The notes: generated by a model from the sequence alone, not told the origin. 64,000 bases of DNA from Piromyces finnis finn (GCA_002104945.1 MCFH01000038.1:186001-250000); one strand, 5' to 3'; counted from the first letter of the stretch, positions 1-11,165 are shown. Numbers and translations are program-made.

Positions 1-700
1 TATTCATAATATATTTTATAATACTTAAACTAAACTTAAGACTTATTCCTAGTTATTAAAAAATAACTATTGTTTATAATATTCATAATATTAATTATTT
101 CTTAATTATAATATAATTCATTGAATATAATATTAATAATTATAATCTTCTAGTTCAAAGATTATAAAATATGTTATTGAAATAATTATTATAAAATAAA
201 GTTAATTAGTTCCGGAAAATAATTTTAATTTAATTAAACAATAATTTTTATACTTTGAGTGAATGATTTATGTTTGATATATCAGGGGTGATCATTCTCT
301 GAATAAACAATTAATCATTGCTAACAAAATATCTTTAAATTGGAATATCTCGTGAACCAGCAGAGATATTGACCTGATTTTAAGATATGTTGTTTGTCTC
401 GAGCGTGGCTTTCTAACGAACGTAATTATAACCAAAATATTTTTATTCAAAAATCGTCATTCGTTGAGGAGATACGCGTGTTTTTTCTTATTCCATTTTA
501 ACGATAAGGGTTAAAGTTATTTATTATAAAAATTATTAAGGGTTAAGGTCATATTTTAACCTTTTCTAAATTTTTAAATATTTCTTAATAAAATTTTATA
601 ATTTATTTGAAAATAAAATATTTGTTGATTTTGAATTTTCATAAGTGATTTCACAATTCCAAGTGATCTTGAAATTGTAATTTCACTAGTATTCGTGACA
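1..700 (-). mobile_element. Family A LTR, truncated by the window edge (5' LTR of another A element or a solo LTR)
   Basis: Matches 2768-3468 and 9441-10141 with about 5 substitutions and 1 indel. Ends in ...GTGACA and is followed by family C LTR sequence, not by a PPT. Confidence 0.92.
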
Positions 701-751
701 TCGTGTTTATTCAGCTAGTTTTTATCATGTTTTTATGTGAGTAGCGTATAA
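701..751. mobile_element. Terminal 51 bp of a family C LTR interrupted by the family A LTR
   Basis: Near-identical to 1803-1853 (tcgtgtttattc.gctagttttta...gtgagtagcgtat.a) and followed by AGAA at 752-755. Confidence 0.85.
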
Positions 752-755
752 AGAA

Positions 756-1853
756 TGATGCGTTGACCGATATATTTTTGAATAATATAATATTTTTAAT
801 AAATAATAAATTCTAATATTTATGATGAAACAATAAATTTAAAATAAAATAAAATATGTTTTATAATTAACAAATAAATCACTCAAAAACTCGAAAATAA
901 ACTCTTTTTATTATGTTTAAATTATCTCTTTATTATATTTATAATTTATTTATTGTCTATTTATTGTCCGCCCTTTATAAAGAAGAATTTTATCTTCCTT
1001 TTATACATTTTCATTTATTACAGGTATTATTATTTTTAACTATTAAATGCTATTATAACTATTGTTATTATTTATTAAAATTAAAAGAATAAATTAAAAT
1101 TATGTCTTAGTATTATAAAATATTATAGAATATTACTTATTTGATTTTCTTATTACTTCAAAATGTTTAAATTTAGAAAAATTATTATAAATTATCATTG
1201 ACTATCATTAAATGTATAATACCTTGAATAAAATAATTAAAATTTAAAATTAAAATAATATTAAAATAAAATTAAAATAAAATTAAAATAAAAATTTAAC
1301 AAAATTAAAATATTAAAAGTATCAATTATTATAAACACTCATTTTATACAGAAACATAAAAGAGTTCTGTATTTTATCTTTGGAATTGTTATTATTGTTC
1401 TATTTCCAGGCTTTAAATTAATCACTTTTAGTAATAATTACTCAGTTATTTATTTGTTAATTTATATATATAAGTTTGAAAGAATTTCTAAAGAACACTT
1501 GGATAAAACACTAGAATTAATAATTTAATGTATATCATTTTATTTTTTTAGTTTATTTATTCATTTTTATTTACTTATTATTATTTTATTATTTTAATAC
1601 ATTTTTGGATTGAGTCGTTTTATTTTATTTAATAATTTATTTTATTATTATCTCTATTAAGTCGTTTTTATTCATAATTTATTATTTAATAAAGAGAATA
1701 TTATTTATTTAAAAGAAAGGGTTATATTTCCATAAAATTATTATTTATTCATTTTTAAGGGTTATTATCTTTTATTTTTATTATAAGTCGCTATGGGTTA
1801 AGTCGTGTTTATTCGGCTAGTTTTTATTACGTTTTTATGTGAGTAGCGTATCA
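756..1853. mobile_element. Putative solo LTR, family C (1098 bp)
   Basis: Starts TGATGCG and ends CGTATCA (imperfect terminal inverted repeat, TG...CA). Flanked by AGAA on both sides (752-755, 1854-1857). Its end is duplicated at 701-751. No ORF. Confidence 0.75.
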
Positions 1854-2434
1854 AGAATGATAACGGATTGGTAGTTATATTACAACTTTTTAACTACTTC
1901 TTCTGTTATCTTATATTGTTTTATCTCGACAGCTATTGTACGAGCTTTAACAATATCTACTAGTTTTATTAATTTATTTTAAGCTATTTTATAGTTTTAA
2001 TAGTTTTATTATTTAATAATATTTATATAGAATAATAACACCAGATTTATTCTATAAAATATTATTTATTATTAACACAATAATTACAAATTAGACAAGT
2101 TTAATTTCGTTTTTATATTTTCTTTTATTTATTGTTCTTACGCTCTTTTTAACAATAATTTTTATTATATAAAAACTTATTTTTGTCTTTTTAAATATTA
2201 TTATGTATTCACTAATTAATTATATTAACTATTATTAAAATTTAACTTATTATTAATAATCTAAGTCTTCTTATTTTCTACTAAAAATTATTATTATTCT
2301 TTATATTAAAAATTATTTTTATAATTTAACCCAATCAAATATATAAATTTATAAAATATTTGATTTTATGTAAATTATATTTTTATAATAAACTATATAA
2401 AATTATTTAATAATTATTTTATAATAAAATTTTC

Positions 2435-3468
2435 TGTAAAAGTTTTACTAAACTTATAATTTAATATTAAAATATCAAATTAAATAAAAGGTTAAAAGAT
2501 AACTAGGTTAGAAAAAAAAATGTTTTATTAAAATAATCTTAATTGATTTATAAATGAATAATTAAATTATGTATTATAGTTAAAATAATTCCTTTTTATT
2601 TTATTTAAAGAATATATATAATAATAAGATTATTTAATAGTAATACTTATTAAGTATTAATAAGTTAATAATCTTTACAAAGATTTAATTCATAAAACTA
2701 TTCTAAACTATTTATACTATTTGTAATTTTACATTTAATAATAAAATAACTTTTCAATACATGATTATATTCATAATATATTTTATAATACTTAAACTAA
2801 ACTTAAGACTTATTCCTAATTATTAAAAAATAACTATTGTTTATAATATTCATAATATTAATTATTTCTTAATTATAATATAATTCATTGAATATAATAT
2901 TAATAATTATAATCCTCTAGTTCAAAGATTATAAATTATGTTATTGAAATAATTATTATAAAATAAAGTTAATTAGTTCCGGAAAATAATTTTAATTTAA
3001 TTAAACAATAATTTTTTATACTTTGAGTGAATGATTTATGTTTGATATATCAGGGGTGATCATTCTCTGAATAAACAATTAATCATTGCTAACAAAATAT
3101 CTTTAAATTGGAATATCTCGTGAACCAGCAGAGATATTGACATGATTTTAAGATATGTTGTTTGTCTCGAGCGTGGCTTTCTAACGAACTTAATTATAAC
3201 CAAAATATTTTTATTCAAAAATCGTCATTCGTTGAGGAGATACGCGTGTTTTTTCTTATTCCATTTTAACGATAAGGGTTAAAGTTATTTATTATAAAAA
3301 TTATTAAGGGTTAAGGTCATATTTTAACCTTTTCTAAATTTTTAAATATTTCTTAATAAAATTTTATAATTTATTTGAAAATAAAATATTTGTTGATTTT
3401 GAATTTTCATAAGTGATTTCACAATTCCAAGTGATCTTGAAATTGTAATTTCACTAGTATTCGTGACA
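2435..3468 (-). repeat. 3' LTR of element A
   Basis: Direct repeat of 9108-10141 (offset 6673). TGTAAAAG...CGTGACA on the + strand. Confidence 0.96.
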
Positions 3469-3478
3469 TCGCTCCGCC
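3469..3478 (-). other. Putative polypurine tract of element A
   Basis: Minus strand GGCGGAGCGA directly abuts the 3' LTR start TGTCAC. Purine-rich but imperfect. Confidence 0.6.
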
Positions 3479-4390
3479 AAAAAAAATCGAATACCAGGCG
3501 ATTGAAATAATATAAAATAAAGTTGTATAATAAAGTATAATTGAAATAAATTGAAGTAGTATATATTAAATATAAACCAATATATAGTTGTATGTGTAAC
3601 ATGAAATAAAATGGTAACTAAATAAAGAATATATTTAATATAATATGTTGAATATATTGCAATATATGAAATAAAATTAAAAAACATTTTCTTGTGTAAC
3701 ATTCAGTCAAATTCATAAAATTTTTGAAAGAAATGTTGAAATTTAAATTGATCATTGAGAGAAAAAATTGAAATTCGTACGAAAAATTAAAATTTGAATA
3801 AGAAATATTATTCCTAGGATATTGAAACACTTTTTATTTTTGAAAAATGTTAACATTTGCTAAAATAATTGAAATTTCAAAAATTGATCAAATAAACTTT
3901 AATTAATATGATTTTGAAAAAAAAAAATTTTTGAAATTTTTGAAAAATTTTTAATAATAAAAAATTTTTTCATTAAATACAAAAAAAAATTTTGAACTAA
4001 ACTTTTTGAAAAAATGTCACTGAAGACTATTGATTTTAATGATCGATCGAGATGGTGACAATATTGAAATTGATACTATTGAATAGAGAATAAAATAAGC
4101 ATTAACAACATATAAATATTTGTAATTGTACTGCTAAAATAAATTGAAAATTATTCTCTTTAAATATTTAATTTTCATTATAAAAATTTTGTGTTTTAAA
4201 TTAAATAAATTGATAAAATTGTTGGATCAAAAATTATTGAATTGAAATTTAACATTCATAGAAAAAAATTTTTGAAATTTGTGTTGAAATGTATTAGATG
4301 AGTAATACAAATTATAATAAAACATAATGTTAGTGAAAGATATTAATAAATTTTTAAAAAAATAAAATTGATGAAATGCAATTTAAAGAA

Positions 4391-7300
4391 TTAGATTTTG
4401 TGTTTTCTAATACTTTTATTGAATTGAATTAATAATTCTTGATATCTTGGGTTACTTTCTATTACTGTAGCAGGAACCCAGTGCCAACTTAGGCGGTGTT
4501 TATAACGAATTTTATATTCGTAGCGTTTTTCTTTATAATTTGTCCTAAAGTCACCAATTTCTATAATTTCTGCATTAGTTTCTTTATATTTAAATCTATT
4601 TTTAAATTTATCTGGCGTAGATACATAAGGTTCAAGTTCCGATATGTGAAATACAGGGTGGTGTTTTGGAAAAGGTGATTTTGAAATATCTATTTTATAA
4701 TTACCATTGTTTAAAACTTCTAAAACCTTGTAAGGACCATACTTACGAGGCGCTAGTTTGGCATTTTCAGTAGTAGCAAAAGCAGGAGGTGCATGAATCC
4801 AAACTTTTTGTCCTTCATTCAATTCAGGAGCAATAATTCTTTTCTTATCGGCAGCTCTTTTGTATAAATCTTGAGATCTAAGCAAAACATCTTTAACTAA
4901 AAGGAAATTTTTACTAACATCTTTAATGTATTTAAAGTTTGAATCAGAACCTTGAAACAAAAAGACATCATCCATAGGTGGGTGGAATCCATAATTAATG
5001 AAAAATGGAGTTTGTTTTGTAGATTCATGAACAGTATTATTATAAACAAATTCAGCTAGATGTAACCATTCAATCCAGTCATCGTGGAAAAATGTTCTTG
5101 AATAGCAACGTAAATATTGTTCAATGAAAGAGTTACAACGTTCTACTTGACCAACGGTCTCATGGTGATCTGTGGTAGCTATTTTTGGCTTAACACGCAA
5201 TTTTTCCATAATTTCTATCCATAAAGCACTAGTAAATTGTGTTCCTCTGTCCGTATAAATATCTGTAGGTAGTCCATGGAGTTTAAAAATATTTTTTAGG
5301 AAAGCTTTGGCAGTTTCTTCAGCTGTAGGTATTTCTTTGAACGGAATAAGGTGAATCATTTTTGAAAAGCGATCTACAACAACCATTATAACGGAAAACT
5401 TTTTTGATTCAGGGAGACCACAAAGAAAATCGATTTCAATAGATTTCCAAGGGCGATCAGGAATTTCTAAAGGTCTTAAAAGATCATATCTTTTATGTCT
5501 ATTAACTTTATTTCTGGAACATTGTTCGCAAGAATTGACAAAATTTACGATATCTTGATGCATTTTGGGCCACCAAAAATTACGGTTAATTAGTTCTTCA
5601 GTTCTTCGAATACCTAAATGTCCAGCAGTAGCGTTATCATGGTACCTGGTTAAAATATCTACATGAAGTTTTTCTGGTACATAAATTAAATTATTATATA
5701 AAATTAAATTATTTTTTATTTTAAATTTTTCCATTTTTCTGAAAGGTCTGTAAAAGTAACCTTGATTAGCATTATTAGGACTAAAGTAAAGATAAATATT
5801 ATTCGCATTTTCATCATCCTTATAATTTTCTATTATTTGATCAATGAGAGAACCAACAATACCAACAAAACATGGAGTATCGGGAACGTTTTTATAATCT
5901 AATATATGTTCTGGTTTAGGTTCAACATTATTTTTCTCGTAATCAGGTCTTCTTGATAAACTATCAGGTTTACCATTTTTTCTTCCTTGGCGGTATATTA
6001 ATTGAAAATTATATTCTTGGAAAAATAAATGCCAACGATGTTGACGTTGGTTTCCGACTTTACCACCTAAGGTGTATAGAAGGTTTTTATGGTCAGTAAA
6101 AACGGTTACTTGGTATTTAGCACCTAGTAATAAATGTCTCCAGGTAGAAAATGCACATTTTATAGCTAAAAGTTCCTTTTCAGTAATTGAATAATTTAAT
6201 TCAGCATTGTTTAAACATCTTGAATAATATGCTACAGGATGTAATTTGTTATCTTCATCCTTTTGAGAAAGTATACAACCAATGGCAAAATTACTAGCAT
6301 CGCATTCGACAATAAATGGTTTGGTTGGATCTGGATGTAATAAAATAGGTGAAGAGATTAGTCTCTTTTTTAATTCTAAAAATGAGTTATTACATTTATC
6401 ATTCCAATTAAAACTAGTATTTTTCTTTGTTAAATTGTGAAGCGGTTTAGCAATAGTAGCAAAATCTTTTATAAATCTTCTATAATAGTTGCATAATCCA
6501 ACAAAGCGTTGAACATCTTTTACACAATTAGGTGTAGGCCATTCTTGGACAGATTTAATTTTCTTTGGATCAGTAGATATACCATTGCCTGATATAACGT
6601 GTCCTAAAAATTCAACTTCTGGCTTGTGAAATTCACATTTCTTTAATTTAGCAAATAAATTATTTTTGAGCAGTGTTTGGAGAACAGTACGAACATGTTG
6701 TATATGTTCATCTAATGTTTCCGAGTAAATCAGAATATCATCTAAATATAAAATAACAAATTTTTCTAAATAAGGGCGTAATACTGAATTAATAAATGAT
6801 TGAAATGTAGCAGGGGCATTTCTTAAACCAAAAGGCATTACTAAATATTCATAGTGACCATATTTAGTTCTAAAAGCTGTCTTATATTCGTCTCCTTCAC
6901 GAATACGCACTAAATTGTAAGCAGAACGAAGATCTAATTTTGAAAAGAATTTAGCACCTTTCACTCTTTCGATAATATCAGTAATTAGAGGAAGTGGGTA
7001 AGAATTGCGAATTGTAACTGCATTTAATTTTTTGTAATCAATACAAAGACGTAACGATCCATCCTTCTTTTTCTGAAATAAAACAGGATAACCAGCTGGA
7101 GATTCAGATGGTCTAATGAATCCTTTCTTGAGATTTTCATCTATGTATTCTTTAAGAACTTGGGATTCATCTTCAGATAGAGGATATATAGGACCATAAT
7201 GTAAAGAAGCATCTTTTTGTAAAACGATTTTACAATCCGTTAGCCTATGTGGTGGTAGTTTATCAGCCTTAACCTTGCTGAAAACTTCCGCTAAATCACG

Positions 7301-8092
7301 ATATGGTTCTGGTACTTCTTCTAATTTGAAGTCTTCTTCATTATCATCTTCATCATCAGTATTATAATCTTTTTCACTATTAGCTAAAAATGAGTGAATA
7401 AAGTAATTATAGCTGAAATTTTGATATTTTGGTTTAGAGTAATTTTTCAAATTATTAAAAGATGTATTGGAAGTTAATTTATTATGATTAATGTTTTTAA
7501 TTTTTAAATTTTTGGATTTATTCAATCGGTTTTTATTAATTTTATATATAATTTTATTAGAATTTAATTTTTTAAAATTGTTAAAATTTAAACTTGAATA
7601 TACAAAATTTTTATTATAATTAAAATGTAGTTGATATTTGTGTAAAAATTTATTGCCTAATAACAAATCTGTTGGAAGATTTTTAATAATTAGAAATTTT
7701 TCTTTAAAAGTAATTAAAAATTTTGAATGATTAATATAGATAGTAGTCTTAAAATATAAGAAGGTGTATGTATCAATAAATATTGAACCACTAATTCCAT
7801 TTATTTCAATTGAGTGTAATAATTTGTGTGGTTTTAGTTTTAATTTATTGACCAAGTTGATTGAAATAAAGTTGCAATATGAGCCACTATCTAAAATTAA
7901 ATTGTATTGATTTTTATTAATTGAATTTTTTAAATCATAAAGTTTGTTTAATTTAATTGGGATAAAAAATTTTAAGTTGAAAAATGTTGTAGGCAATTTT
8001 TTATTTATTTTAGAGTCATATGTAGGAAAGTTGTAATGTATTATTTTTGTATTATGAACTCTCTTAGACTCTCTTGAGAGTTCATTTCTTAG
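4391..8092 (-). CDS. pol: Pol polyprotein of element A (protease, RT, RNase H, integrase, chromodomain-like C-terminus), reached by -1 frameshift
   Basis: Motifs LILDSGS (PR), YLDD (RT), ECDAS (RNase H), H-H-C-C plus D,D,E core and GPY (IN), and a chromo-like tail. The frame is open upstream of the tracked start 7996 as far as the gag slippery site. Confidence 0.96.
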   Translation of the reverse strand, partial: LRNELSRESKRVHNTKIIHYNFPTYDSKINKKLPTTFFNLKFFIPIKLNKLYDLKNSINKNQYNLILDSGSYCNFISINLVNKLKLKPHKLLHSIEINGISGSIFIDTYTFLYFKTTIYINHSKFLITFKEKFLIIKNLPTDLLLGNKFLHKYQLHFNYNKNFVYSSLNFNNFKKLNSNKIIYKINKNRLNKSKNLKIKNINHNKLTSNTSFNNLKNYSKPKYQNFSYNYFIHSFLANSEKDYNTDDEDDNEEDFKLEEVPEPYRDLAEVFSKVKADKLPPHRLTDCKIVLQKDASLHYGPIYPLSEDESQVLKEYIDENLKKGFIRPSESPAGYPVLFQKKKDGSLRLCIDYKKLNAVTIRNSYPLPLITDIIERVKGAKFFSKLDLRSAYNLVRIREGDEYKTAFRTKYGHYEYLVMPFGLRNAPATFQSFINSVLRPYLEKFVILYLDDILIYSETLDEHIQHVRTVLQTLLKNNLFAKLKKCEFHKPEVEFLGHVISGNGISTDPKKIKSVQEWPTPNCVKDVQRFVGLCNYYRRFIKDFATIAKPLHNLTKKNTSFNWNDKCNNSFLELKKRLISSPILLHPDPTKPFIVECDASNFAIGCILSQKDEDNKLHPVAYYSRCLNNAELNYSITEKELLAIKCAFSTWRHLLLGAKYQVTVFTDHKNLLYTLGGKVGNQRQHRWHLFFQEYNFQLIYRQGRKNGKPDSLSRRPDYEKNNVEPKPEHILDYKNVPDTPCFVGIVGSLIDQIIENYKDDENANNIYLYFSPNNANQGYFYRPFRKMEKFKIKNNLILYNNLIYVPEKLHVDILTRYHDNATAGHLGIRRTEELINRNFWWPKMHQDIVNFVNSCEQCSRNKVNRHKRYDLLRPLEIPDRPWKSIEIDFLCGLPESKKFSVIMVVVDRFSKMIHLIPFKEIPTAEETAKAFLKNIFKLHGLPTDIYTDRGTQFTSALWIEIMEKLRVKPKIATTDHHETVGQVERCNSFIEQYLRCYSRTFFHDDWIEWLHLAEFVYNNTVHESTKQTPFFINYGFHPPMDDVFLFQGSDSNFKYIKDVSKNFLLVKDVLLRSQDLYKRAADKKRIIAPELNEGQKVWIHAPPAFATTENAKLAPRKYGPYKVLEVLNNGNYKIDISKSPFPKHHPVFHISELEPYVSTPDKFKNRFKYKETNAEIIEIGDFRTNYKEKRYEYKIRYKHRLSWHWVPATVIESNPRYQELLIQFNKSIRKHKI

Positions 8093-8098
8093 TTTTTT
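8054..8098 (-). promoter_or_regulatory. -1 ribosomal frameshift signal of element A
   Basis: In-frame heptamer A AAA AAC (8098-8092) directly before the gag stop, 6-nt spacer, then a perfect 10-bp stem ATGAACTCTC/GAGAGTTCAT (8085-8076 / 8063-8054). Pol is in the -1 frame. Confidence 0.88.
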
Positions 8099-8997
8099 GA
8101 GTTCATCTTTTGAACTTTATTGACATAATTATTATTATTGTTTGAATTTTGATAATGGGTTTTATTCTTATTGAATTTCCTATTGTTTCTCTTATTGTAA
8201 TGTTGATTTTTATTATTATTATTATTGATATTTAATTTATTATTAGTAACAAGAGAATTTTCAAAAATTATACACTTTGTAACCATTTCACTTAAAGTGT
8301 TAGGTAAAATATCAGCTTTCTTAATTTCATTCTTATATTTTGGATGTAAACCATTTAAAAATATTAGTGAAAGACTAATGTCATCTATCTCTAAACAACG
8401 ACTTAAATCTCTAAATTTGTTAATATAATCGTTCACTTTTCCATAAGCTTGTCTTAATTCTATTAATTGAATCATGGCTAATTTGGTACTGGTAACATTT
8501 GAAAAAGCTTTGTTTAATTCACTTAATAGTTCGTTCATAGTCATAGGAGTAATACCATCTTTATATTTAATATGATACCAAGTTCTGGCAGAATCACGTA
8601 ATCTAACAACAACAAAGTTAATTTTTACTTCTTCAGATAGTTGATTGTTAGGTGGAGTTTTAAAGGTAGCTTGGCAGAGTTCGCAGAATAACTCAGTCTG
8701 AGTAGTATCACCAGTAAAGAATCCTGGATCTGGTACTTGTTTGATAGGATAGGTTCTATTACGCATTATAACATCATGATCTTCATCATAATCGGTAGAA
8801 GATTCCTCGGTTTCAGTATAATTAGCACGACTCTTAAGTTCCTTTAACATAGCATCCATACGTTCTAACAAGGAGGTGGTATTTTTATCCAATTGTTGAG
8901 TGATATACTTGTCTAATTCACCACAAAGATTTTTCTTAAATTCTTCTAAATCTTGAGGCTTTAGGAATTGTTGAACTGGTTTAGGTGTTGGTTGAGT

Positions 8998-9000
<3 letters not shown>
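8089..9000 (-). CDS. gag: Gag of element A (303 aa)
   Basis: Retrotransposon capsid-like motifs (PDPGFFTGD, LRDSARTWY). Lies between the 5' LTR and pol. No CCHC knuckle. Confidence 0.92.
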
Positions 9001-9055
<55 letters not shown>

Positions 9056-9096
9056 AAATTAAGTTTTTTCCTAAGGTAGTTATGGTAAAAAACGCG

Positions 9097-9107
9097 GTAA
9101 AGATTAT
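9097..9107 (-). promoter_or_regulatory. Self-priming PBS of element A, complementary to LTR 9341-9351
   Basis: Minus strand ATAATCTTTAC directly after the 5' LTR, with no TGG tRNA-type PBS. The exact 11-nt complement GTAAAGATTAT is at 9351-9341 inside the LTR. Confidence 0.8.
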
Positions 9108-10141
9108 TGTAAAAGTTTTACTAAACTTATAATTTAATATTAAAATATCAAATTAAATAAAAGGTTAAAAGATAACTAGGTTAGAAAAAAAAATGTTTTA
9201 TTAAAATAATCTTAATTGATTTATAAATGAATAATTAAATTATGTATTATAGTTAAAATAATTCCTTTTTATTTTATTTAAAGAATATATATAATAATAA
9301 GATTATTTAATAGTAATACTTATTAAGTATTAATAAGTTAATAATCTTTACAAAGATTTAATTCATAAAACTATTCTAAACTATTTATACTATTTGTAAT
9401 TTTACATTTAATAATAAAATAACTTTTCAATACATGATTATATTCATAATATATTTTATAATACTTAAACTAAACTTAAGACTTATTCCTAATTATTAAA
9501 AAATAACTATTGTTTATAATATTCATAATATTAATTATTTCTTAATTATAATATAATTCATTGAATATAATATTAATAATTATAATCCTCTAGTTCAAAG
9601 ATTATAAATTATGTTATTGAAATAATTATTATAAAATAAAGTTAATTAGTTCCGGAAAATAATTTTAATTTAATTAAACAATAATTTTTTATACTTTGAG
9701 TGAATGATTTATGTTTGATATATCAGGGGTGATCATTCTCTGAATAAACAATTAATCATTGCTAACAAAATATCTTTAAATTGGAATATCTCGTGAACCA
9801 GCAGAGATATTGACATGATTTTAAGATATGTTGTTTGTCTCGAGCGTGGCTTTCTAACGAACTTAATTATAACCAAAATATTTTTATTCAAAAATCGTCA
9901 TTCGTTGAGGAGATACGCGTGTTTTTTCTTATTCCATTTTAACGATAAGGGTTAAAGTTATTTATTATAAAAATTATTAAGGGTTAAGGTCATATTTTAA
10001 CCTTTTCTAAATTTTTAAATATTTCTTAATAAAATTTTATAATTTATTTGAAAATAAAATATTTGTTGATTTTGAATTTTCATAAGTGATTTCACAATTC
10101 CAAGTGATCTTGAAATTGTAATTTCACTAGTATTCGTGACA
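9108..10141 (-). repeat. 5' LTR of element A
   Basis: Direct repeat of 2435-3468. Contains TATAAATA (minus strand, 9389-9382) about 30 nt upstream of the predicted start at 9351. Confidence 0.96.
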
Positions 10142-10194
10142 TTTTCTACTAATATCAAATGTATAATATATTTATAATTATTATTTATCAAGAA

Positions 10195-10814
10195 TGATAA
10201 CGGATTGGTAGTTATATTACAACTTTTTAACTACTTCTTCTGTTATCTTATATTGTTTTATCTCGACAGCTATTGTACGAGCTTTAACAATATCTACTTG
10301 TTTTATTATTTATTTTAATTTATTTTATAATATTTATAGTTTTATTATTTAATAATATTTATATAGAATAATAACACCAGATTTATTCTATAAAATATTA
10401 TTTATTATTAACACAATAATTACAAATTAGACAAGTTTAATTTCGTTTTTATATTTTCTTTTATTTATTGTTCTTACGCTCTTTTTAACAATAATTTTTA
10501 TTATATAAAAACTTATTTTTTGTCTTTTAAATATTATTATGTATTCACTAATTAATTATATTAACTATTATTAAAATTTAACTTATTATTAGTAATCTAA
10601 GTCTTCCTATTTTCTACTAAAAATTATTATTATTCTTTATATTAAAAATTATTTTTATAATTTAACCCAATCAAATATATAAATTTATAAAATATTTGAT
10701 TTTATGTAAATTATATTTTTATAATAAACTATATAAAATTATTTAATAATTATTTTATAATAAAATTTTCTACTAATATCAAATTTATAATATATTTATA
10801 ATTATTATTTATCA
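10195..10814 (-). repeat. 3' LTR of element B
   Basis: Direct repeat of 14109-14728. Confidence 0.96.
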
Positions 10815-10817
10815 AGA

Positions 10818-10828
10818 TTTCCTCCCCT
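10818..10828 (-). other. Polypurine tract of element B
   Basis: Minus strand AGGGGAGGAAA, 3 nt before the 3' LTR. Confidence 0.85.
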
Positions 10829-11165
10829 AAGATACGACTTAGTGGTAGCTGATAAAAATATTCATAAATAATAATAAATATATAAGTTTTTGATATTTTT
10901 ATACTAAATATTTAAAAATTTAAATTTTTTTTTTTTCTATATATATATATATATATATATGATAAAAATAATATAAAATAAGGTTTATAAAAAAATGATG
11001 AAAAATTTGAAAATTTTTATTAATAAAATTTTTTTTTTTTTCAAAGAGAAATAAAAAAAATGAAGTGAAATTTTGTTAAATGTCGTAGTGTAAATATTTT
11101 TGTGTTTTTATATATTTTTGTAATGTAATTGTCGTATTATTTGTATATAAATGTTTAATGTGGTT

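Larger units (their letters stand above)
2435..10141 (-). mobile_element. Full-length Ty3/Gypsy (chromovirus-like) LTR retrotransposon, family A, 7707 bp
   Basis: Two 1034-bp LTRs (TGT...ACA) that look identical by eye, 5-bp TSD TTTTC, gag, and pol in the order PR-RT-RNaseH-IN-chromo-like. Confidence 0.97.
1858..10190 (-). mobile_element. Solo LTR of family B split by element A (pieces 1858-2434 and 10142-10190)
   Basis: The two pieces join into a slightly diverged copy of the 620-bp LTR at 10195-10814. TTTTC is duplicated at 2430-2434 and 10142-10146. Flanked by AGAA at 1854-1857 and 10191-10194. Confidence 0.92.

Noticed and set aside
3242-3247. ACGCGT (MCB-like) site in the A LTR
   Set aside because: A single hexamer per LTR is insufficient evidence.
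3342-3830. Short ORFs around the LTR/3' UTR boundary of element A (possible env or extra gene)
   Set aside because: Low-complexity F/I/Y/N translations of AT-rich DNA that cross the LTR boundary, with no env-like features.
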